DNA from: an uncultured Actinomycetota bacterium
GTDB taxonomy: Bacteria; Actinomycetota; Humimicrobiia; Humimicrobiales; Humimicrobiaceae
DNA: 31,377 nt
Assembly (NCBI GenBank): GCA_964556035.1
Contig: CAZKVA010000002.1
Coordinates: 1 to 31,377 of the forward strand
Reading direction: 5' to 3'
Under the pieces are notes generated by a model. It saw nothing but the letters and a program-made list of their open reading frames with translations, had not been told where the DNA came from and did no database searches. Of this stretch, positions 25,427 to 31,377 are shown one piece after another (within the stretch, counting starts at the first letter, position 1; every line of letters begins with the position of its first letter). The position numbers were made by a program, and so were the translations under genes.

Positions 25427-25936
25427 ATTAACGACAAAAGAACTCGGGTAAACAATAATATAAGAGTGCCTGAAGTGAGGCTTATTGACGAGGATGGCAA
25501 TCAGGTTGGTATTGTATCGACAAGGCAAGCACTGGAGATCTCAGACGAGAGAGGATTGGACCTGGTGGAGATATCCCCAAACAGCAAACCTCCGGTTTGC
25601 AAGATCATGGATTTTGGAAAATATAAATACCAGTTAGAGATCTCTGAAAAACTAAAAAAGAAAAAACAGTCCCATATAGTAGTAAAAGAAATAAAGCTGA
25701 GGCCGAAGATCGATAAGAATGACTTGAATACAAAGAGACGACAGATGGAAAAATTCTTAAAAAATGGAAATAAGGTCAAGGTCACGGTAATGTTCAGGGG
25801 GCGCGAGATCGTACACAAACAGATCGCTATGGATATCCTTGATGGTTTAATTGAGAATTTAAAGGAAATTGCTGTTGTGGAGTTAAGGCCAAAACTGGAT
25901 GGCTATAATATGCTAATGGTACTTGCCCCGGTTTGA
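25427..25936 (+). CDS. infC: Translation initiation factor IF-3 with ATT start
   Basis: SD GGAGGTG, then in-frame ATT AAC GAC (INDKRTRVNNNIRVPEVRLI), 13 codons upstream of the ORF-track start. PPVCKIMD.GKY and KEIKLRP are present. Confidence 0.93.
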   Translation: MNDKRTRVNNNIRVPEVRLIDEDGNQVGIVSTRQALEISDERGLDLVEISPNSKPPVCKIMDFGKYKYQLEISEKLKKKKQSHIVVKEIKLRPKIDKNDLNTKRRQMEKFLKNGNKVKVTVMFRGREIVHKQIAMDILDGLIENLKEIAVVELRPKLDGYNMLMVLAPV

Positions 25937-26005
25937 TCAAGTAAAATATTTAGGAATAAAACTTAATAAAAAATATAAAAATCTGCTAAGGAAGGATGTA
26001 TAGTA

Positions 26006-26200
26006 ATGCCAAAAATAAAGACTCATAAAGGAGCTTCTAAAAGGTTTAAGCTTACCGGAAGCGGTAAGATTGTAAGAGAAAAAGCTTTTACCAATCATAT
26101 TCTTACAAAAAAGAGTGCAAAACAAAAAAGAAGACTTGGGAATAATATCGTAGTCTCGACTGCAGACACTAAAAAAGTTAAAAGACTTCTGGGAAAATAA
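26006..26200 (+). CDS. rpmI: 50S ribosomal protein L35
   Basis: [21 protein letters not shown]. Confidence 0.97.
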   Translation: MPKIKTHKGASKRFKLTGSGKIVREKAFTNHILTKKSAKQKRRLGNNIVVSTADTKKVKRLLGK

Positions 26201-26219
26201 TAGAAAGGTATGATCAGGA

Positions 26220-26576
26220 ATGACTAGAGTAAAAAGAGGAATAATAAAAAATAAACGTCATAAAAAAGTATTGAAAGAAGCTCGTGGATACCGTGGTTCC
26301 AGGAGCAGGACATTTAAATCTGCAAAACAACAGCTTTTAAAATCATTAAGCTATGCATATAGAGATAGAAAAAATAATAAAAGAAATTTTAGAAGACTCT
26401 GGATAACAAGGATAAATGCCGCAGCAAGGATCAATGGGCTTTCTTATAATGAATTTATAAATGGGCTCAAAAAAGCAAGTGTTGAAATAAACAGGAAAAT
26501 GTTATCAGAAATAGCAGTAAGCGACCCAGATGCTTTCAAGCAGCTTACTGAGGTTGCAAAAAAAGAATTAGTTTAA
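26220..26576 (+). CDS. rplT: 50S ribosomal protein L20
   Basis: MTRVKRG, YAYRDR and [14 protein letters not shown]. Confidence 0.97.
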   Translation: MTRVKRGIIKNKRHKKVLKEARGYRGSRSRTFKSAKQQLLKSLSYAYRDRKNNKRNFRRLWITRINAAARINGLSYNEFINGLKKASVEINRKMLSEIAVSDPDAFKQLTEVAKKELV

Positions 26577-26583
26577 AGCTAAT

Positions 26584-27630
26584 ATGGAGCAGAGTAATAT
26601 AAAAATAGATGAACTTGAAAAAAACATATCAGCTGAACTGGAGAGTTTTAAATCAGATCTAGCTAAAGCAGATAGCTTTAGCTTGCTGGAAAATATAAGA
26701 ACAAAATATCTAGGGAAAAAAAGTTATTTGTCTACAATGCAAAAGAGTATTGGGACATTGCCTAATGAGTTAAAGCCTGTTGTAGGTAAAAACACAAATC
26801 TACTGAGGCAAAACATTGAAGGGTCACTGGAAGAAAAAGAAAAAATTCTTAAGGCCGCCGAGGTTGACAGGGAGATGCGAAAAGAGTCGGCTGACCTTTC
26901 TCTTCCCGGCAGACTAATATCTTCCGGTACTAAAAATATTCTCTCACAAGTCGTTGAGGACATTGAGGAAATATTCACTGGGATGGGATTTGAAATAGCG
27001 GAAGGTCCGGAGATAGAGACAGATTACTATAATTTTGAAGCATTAAATACTCCTGAGGACCATCCGGCAAGATCACTCCATGACACTATGTTCGTAAGTG
27101 ATCATGTATTGCTCAGGACCCAGACTTCTCCTGTCCAGATCAGGTATATGGAGGAAAATGAGCCACCGATAGCCATAATAGTGCCAGGAAGAGTATATAG
27201 AAAAGATTATGACATTTCCCACACCCCCATGTTTACACAAGTCGAGGGACTGGTAGTGGATGAAAATATTAATTTTGGCAATCTTAAATGGACCCTTGAG
27301 ACATTCGTAAGAGAAATGTTCGGAAAGGACAGGAGGGTAAGGTTCAGGCCTCATTATTTTCCTTTTACAGAACCAAGTGCAGAGGTAGATGTATCCTGCA
27401 ATATTTGTGATGGAAAAGGATGCAGGGTCTGTTCGGGTACTGGCTGGTTGGAAATACTGGGAGCCGGGATCGTAGATCCAAAATTATACAATTTTGTAAA
27501 ATATGATCCTGAGAAATTTACCGGTTTTGCCTTTGGGATGGGAGTTGAAAGGATCTCAATACTAAAATACGGGATAAATGACCTGAGATTGTTTTTTGAA
27601 AATGACCTGCGTTTTCTCAGACAGTTTTAA
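26584..27630 (+). CDS. pheS: Phenylalanine--tRNA ligase alpha subunit
   Basis: NFEALN..DHPAR, LRTQTSPVQ, PGRVYR, FPFTEPSAEVD and GFAFGMG.ER. Confidence 0.97.
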   Translation: MEQSNIKIDELEKNISAELESFKSDLAKADSFSLLENIRTKYLGKKSYLSTMQKSIGTLPNELKPVVGKNTNLLRQNIEGSLEEKEKILKAAEVDREMRKESADLSLPGRLISSGTKNILSQVVEDIEEIFTGMGFEIAEGPEIETDYYNFEALNTPEDHPARSLHDTMFVSDHVLLRTQTSPVQIRYMEENEPPIAIIVPGRVYRKDYDISHTPMFTQVEGLVVDENINFGNLKWTLETFVREMFGKDRRVRFRPHYFPFTEPSAEVDVSCNICDGKGCRVCSGTGWLEILGAGIVDPKLYNFVKYDPEKFTGFAFGMGVERISILKYGINDLRLFFENDLRFLRQF

Positions 27631-27716
27631 ATGCATATTAATATTCTATATTCATTGAAGTAATCCGCAATTTTAATACTGGTGAATATAATTCAAATAG
27701 AAAGGAATACTGGATA

Positions 27717-30122
27717 TTGAAAGTAACCCTTAATTGGATCAAAGAATTTCTGGATACAGATGATCTGGATGCTTCAGAAGTAGCAGAAATATTGACTATG
27801 ACTGGTACTGAAGTTGAAAAAATTGAGTATTTTGGTTCTAAATTTGAAAATATTGTTATTGGAAAAATAATAAGTTTTTCTCAGCATCCCAATGCCGATA
27901 AATTATCACTTTGTCGTGTAAGCACAGGCAAGGAAGAGCTTAGTATTGTATGCGGAGCAAATAATTTTAAAAAAAATGACAGGGTAGCTGTAGCTCTAAT
28001 AGGGGCAAAAGTCGGCCCTATAACAATAAAAAGAAGCAAGATCAGGGGTGAATATTCAGAAGGAATGATGTGTTCCGAGGCTGAACTCGGCCTGTCTTCT
28101 GAATCAGACGGTATTATGATATTGGATGGTACTTATCCATTGGGGGAAAGTTATGCAAAGATTGCAGGTCTTGATGATGTCGTGTATGAGCTTGAAATAA
28201 CACCAAACCGGCCTGACTGCCTGAGTATTATAGGAATTGCCAGGGAAATAAGTGCCGTAACCGGGCACAAGCTGATCATCCCTGGATTTAATACAGACGG
28301 TAAAATAAATCTTGATCCTGATCTCGAAATACAGATCGAGGATCACATGCTTTGTCCGAGATATTCAGCAATGATATTTAGAGATATACCATCAATGCAG
28401 TCACCAGGATGGCTGAAGAACAGGCTTATCCTCTGTGGCATACGGTCCATTGACCTGATCGTTGACCTCACAAATTATATAATGGTCGAGACCGGCCAAC
28501 CCATGCATGCATTTGACATAGATCTTTTACATTCACCAAAGATAATAGTAAGGGAGGCTGATCCAGGTGAGGAAATAAGGACGATCGATGATACTATAAG
28601 GAAGTTGGACCATGACGCGCTCCTGATAGCAGACGAGAAGAAAGCGGTGGCTCTTGCAGGTATTATGGGAGGAAAAGAAACGGAAATAAATCCGGATACA
28701 AAAAATGTCCTACTCGAATCTGCTAATTTCTCAGGACCTTCAATAATGCTTACTTCTAAAAAAACAGGTTTAAGATCCGAGGCTTCAAACAGATTTGAGA
28801 AAAAAATCGATCCTGAGCTCACTGTATTTGCACTTGAGAGATTTTACCAGCTTTTCGAGAATATTACAGGTTGTAGTAATAGTCCCGGAATATATGATAA
28901 CTACAATAAAACATCAAGGGAAAGAAAAATAGAGTTAAGACCAGACAAGGTCAAACAGATCCTCGGGCAAGATATTGATATCAAAAAGATCTCGGAGATA
29001 CTTAATTCATTAGAAATAAAAAACAGTATAAATAAGAATAAAATTGATGCCATTGTGCCTTCATTCAGGTTTGAAGATCTTGAGAGGGAGATCGACCTCA
29101 TTGAAGAGATCGCAAGGATATTCGGGTATGATAATATTAATTCACAACCGACTATTCTAAGTAAAAACCGGGGCAAATACAGTAAAGCACAGTCAACTAT
29201 TAAAAGCATAAGACAACTATTGGCTAATACCTCCTCAAATGAAGTAATAAACTATTCATTTATAAGCATGGATGATTTCTCCAGTCTTGGTCTTGATAAG
29301 GAAAAAGATTTTAAAGACTATGTTGAGATCATAAATCCTATAAATGAAGATTTCAAGATAATGCGGACGATGCTTTTACCTTCACTTATTAATACTGCAA
29401 AGAATAATATTAATAGGAATACCAGGGATATTTCGATTTTTGAAATATCTAAAGTGTTTATTGAAAAAAAGACAAGCGAACTACCTGAAGAAATATTAAA
29501 GCTGGGTATACTACTTACCGGTAAAGCAGCCACTAAAGGATGGAATGAGGATGAGAGGGGATTCGACTTCTTTGATCTCAAGGGCATGCTTGAAAGTATC
29601 ACGTCCAAATTCTATATTGATCCAAAAATAGATATATCTGATAAAGAATATGTTTTTTTTCATCCAAAGGTCAGCGGTGATCTGCTAATAGGAGGAAAAC
29701 ATATGGGTATACTTGGAAAGATCAATCCTTCGATTCTAGAAAATATAGAAATAGACCAGGATGTTTTTTATGCAGAAATAGATCTGGATTTTTTTAATGC
29801 GAACATAAAGGGTCTAAAAGAATACAAACCTATATCAGTTTTCCCATCAATAGAGATAGACCTTGCTATTGTCATAGATGAGAAAATAAAAAATAAAGAT
29901 ATAGTAGAAATTATAAGAAAAACCGGTACAGATATTTTAAGGCATATAAGTCTATTTGATATTTATAGAGGCAAGCAGGTAGAGCAGGGCAAGAAAAGCC
30001 TTGCTTATTCTCTTAGCTTCAGGGGAGAAAACAGGACGCTTAAGGACAGCGAAGTAGAAATAATTACAAATAGAATAATAGAAAATCTCAGAAAAAACTT
30101 TAATGCCAGTCTCAGAGCTTAG
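27717..30122 (+). CDS. pheT: Phenylalanine--tRNA ligase beta subunit
   Basis: TTG start with SD GAAAGGA. HPNADKL, SEGMMCS..ELG, ITPNRPDCLS, EIDLIEE.ARI.GY and a C-terminal FDX-ACB domain (FDIYRG...KSLA). Confidence 0.96.
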   Translation: MKVTLNWIKEFLDTDDLDASEVAEILTMTGTEVEKIEYFGSKFENIVIGKIISFSQHPNADKLSLCRVSTGKEELSIVCGANNFKKNDRVAVALIGAKVGPITIKRSKIRGEYSEGMMCSEAELGLSSESDGIMILDGTYPLGESYAKIAGLDDVVYELEITPNRPDCLSIIGIAREISAVTGHKLIIPGFNTDGKINLDPDLEIQIEDHMLCPRYSAMIFRDIPSMQSPGWLKNRLILCGIRSIDLIVDLTNYIMVETGQPMHAFDIDLLHSPKIIVREADPGEEIRTIDDTIRKLDHDALLIADEKKAVALAGIMGGKETEINPDTKNVLLESANFSGPSIMLTSKKTGLRSEASNRFEKKIDPELTVFALERFYQLFENITGCSNSPGIYDNYNKTSRERKIELRPDKVKQILGQDIDIKKISEILNSLEIKNSINKNKIDAIVPSFRFEDLEREIDLIEEIARIFGYDNINSQPTILSKNRGKYSKAQSTIKSIRQLLANTSSNEVINYSFISMDDFSSLGLDKEKDFKDYVEIINPINEDFKIMRTMLLPSLINTAKNNINRNTRDISIFEISKVFIEKKTSELPEEILKLGILLTGKAATKGWNEDERGFDFFDLKGMLESITSKFYIDPKIDISDKEYVFFHPKVSGDLLIGGKHMGILGKINPSILENIEIDQDVFYAEIDLDFFNANIKGLKEYKPISVFPSIEIDLAIVIDEKIKNKDIVEIIRKTGTDILRHISLFDIYRGKQVEQGKKSLAYSLSFRGENRTLKDSEVEIITNRIIENLRKNFNASLRA

Positions 30123-30367
30123 GGGCAGCATAATCTTAGACAAAACTATTTTTCTACTCAAGATAACAGCATAATATTCAAATACCATCAATAAATATCC
30201 TATAAAAATACTTTTTAAAAAGTTTGACAATTGAAAAGAAGTATGAGATATTTAATAAAACATACATTACTATATCGATAGTGTATATAGTAATAGTAGT
30301 AATTTATATTTGACAGTAAGCTTATTTGTAAACCGTATAGTTTATTTCTTGAAAGATGGGGTAAAGA

Positions 30368-31237
30368 ATGGCTACAAAAACTAGTTTAAGAAGGGAATTT
30401 GTAAATAATAATTCCGCTAAAATATATTTAAGAGATATTGGGAAAATAAAGCTTCTAAACCAGGCAGAAGAACAAATGCTTGCACTTAAAATACAGAAGG
30501 GAAATGAAGTTGCAAAGAAAAAACTTATAGAAGCGAATCTGAGGCTTGTAATAAGTGTGGCAAAGAAATATCTGGAAAAAGGTCTTAATTTTCTGGACCT
30601 GGTGCAGGAAGGAAATCTGGGCCTTATAAGGGCAGCAGAAAAGTTTGATCATAAAAGAGGATTTAAGTTTTCGACCTATGCTACATGGTGGATAAGGCAG
30701 GGCATCACCAGAGCTATCGCTGATAAAGCAAGAGTGATAAGAAAACCTGTTCATATGATAACCCAGATATATAAATTGTATGCCACACAGGGGAAGCTAA
30801 GAGAAAAACTTGGAAGAGAACCAGATAGTAAGGAAATATCTAAAGAATTGGGTATAGATATAGAAAAAGTTGAGCTACTATTGGAGATATCCCAGGAACC
30901 ATTATCTCTTGAAGAACCTTATGGTGAGGCCCAGGATGAAATATTTGGAAATTTTATTGAGGACCGTACCATAGAAGGTCCAGATAAAAGTGCTTCAAAA
31001 GCAAGCCTGAGCAGGCAAGTCACAACAATACTTGATACTCTCGATTATAGAGAAAAGAATATAATAAAGCAAAGATATGGACTTCAGAATGGACAGCCAA
31101 AGACTCTTGAAGAGGTAGGCAGGAATTTTAAGCTCACCAGGGAAAGAATAAGGCAGATCGAGAATAAAGCACTTGAAAAGCTAAGGCATCCTTCAAGAAG
31201 CTCAAATCTAAAGGATTATTTTTCTGATCTGGAATAA
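30368..31237 (+). CDS. RpoD-like sigma70 factor lacking region 1.1
   Basis: [41 protein letters not shown] and TLEEVG...TRERIRQIE. It is 289 aa long and has no dnaG upstream. Confidence 0.88.
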   Translation: MATKTSLRREFVNNNSAKIYLRDIGKIKLLNQAEEQMLALKIQKGNEVAKKKLIEANLRLVISVAKKYLEKGLNFLDLVQEGNLGLIRAAEKFDHKRGFKFSTYATWWIRQGITRAIADKARVIRKPVHMITQIYKLYATQGKLREKLGREPDSKEISKELGIDIEKVELLLEISQEPLSLEEPYGEAQDEIFGNFIEDRTIEGPDKSASKASLSRQVTTILDTLDYREKNIIKQRYGLQNGQPKTLEEVGRNFKLTRERIRQIENKALEKLRHPSRSSNLKDYFSDLE

Positions 31238-31363
31238 ATAATTATTTGTTATTCATTACATATCCTTATTCTTGTATAATTCCAATTACGGGCAGCAGCC
31301 TTTAAAAGGGGCTGTGTTTTATTTGTGTATCCCGTAAATAGAATAAGTGCAGGAGAGATATTT

Positions 31364-31377
31364 ATGAAGACATACCA
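31364..31377 (+). CDS. Start of next gene (MKTY...), cut by the window edge
   Basis: SD AGGAG at 31351-31355 followed by ATG AAG ACA TAC. This is too short to identify. Confidence 0.45.

Noticed and set aside
473-30754. Many antisense or nested ORFs of 60-220 aa (for example 7922-8581, 11612-12199, 19494-20102, 4664-5170)
   Set aside because: They are shadows of well-supported genes on the other strand or frame and have no family motifs.
1-31377. CRISPR arrays, IS elements, rRNA and selenoprotein TGA readthrough in the redox genes
   Set aside because: No repeat-spacer periodicity, transposase or rRNA sequence was seen, and the redox motifs are all Cys-encoded in uninterrupted frames.

Overview
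Low-GC chromosomal window from a probably anaerobic, monoderm bacterium (inferred from a corrinoid protein, a ferredoxin-disulfide reductase, an LCP protein and a GAAC-N4-GTTC LexA box; the lineage cannot be fixed from this sequence). Left part (1-7075): sugar carbon-shuffling genes (E1-beta, divergent transaldolase, split transketolase behind a perfect 24-bp palindrome), a NEW3 membrane protein and DUF1846. Middle (7356-20175): accessory redox and stress region with a degenerate PAS-GGDEF-HD-GYP protein, a nitrilase, a cyclophilin-like protein, a methanoredoxin-like glutaredoxin plus ferredoxin:disulfide reductase, a LexA-boxed dnaE-dinB mutagenesis cassette that abuts a 27-codon threonine-aldolase stub, a Fur-like protein lacking its His ligands, trxB, a methyltransferase, a thioredoxin fused to a helical tail, DUF1638 and a corrinoid protein. 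Right part: 3D and LCP cell-wall proteins, tRNA-Gly, thrS, L20 leader, infC (ATT start), rpmI, rplT, pheS, pheT and an RpoD-like sigma factor. No transposase, integrase, CRISPR array or rRNA is visible. All family calls come from motif recognition by eye, not database searches.
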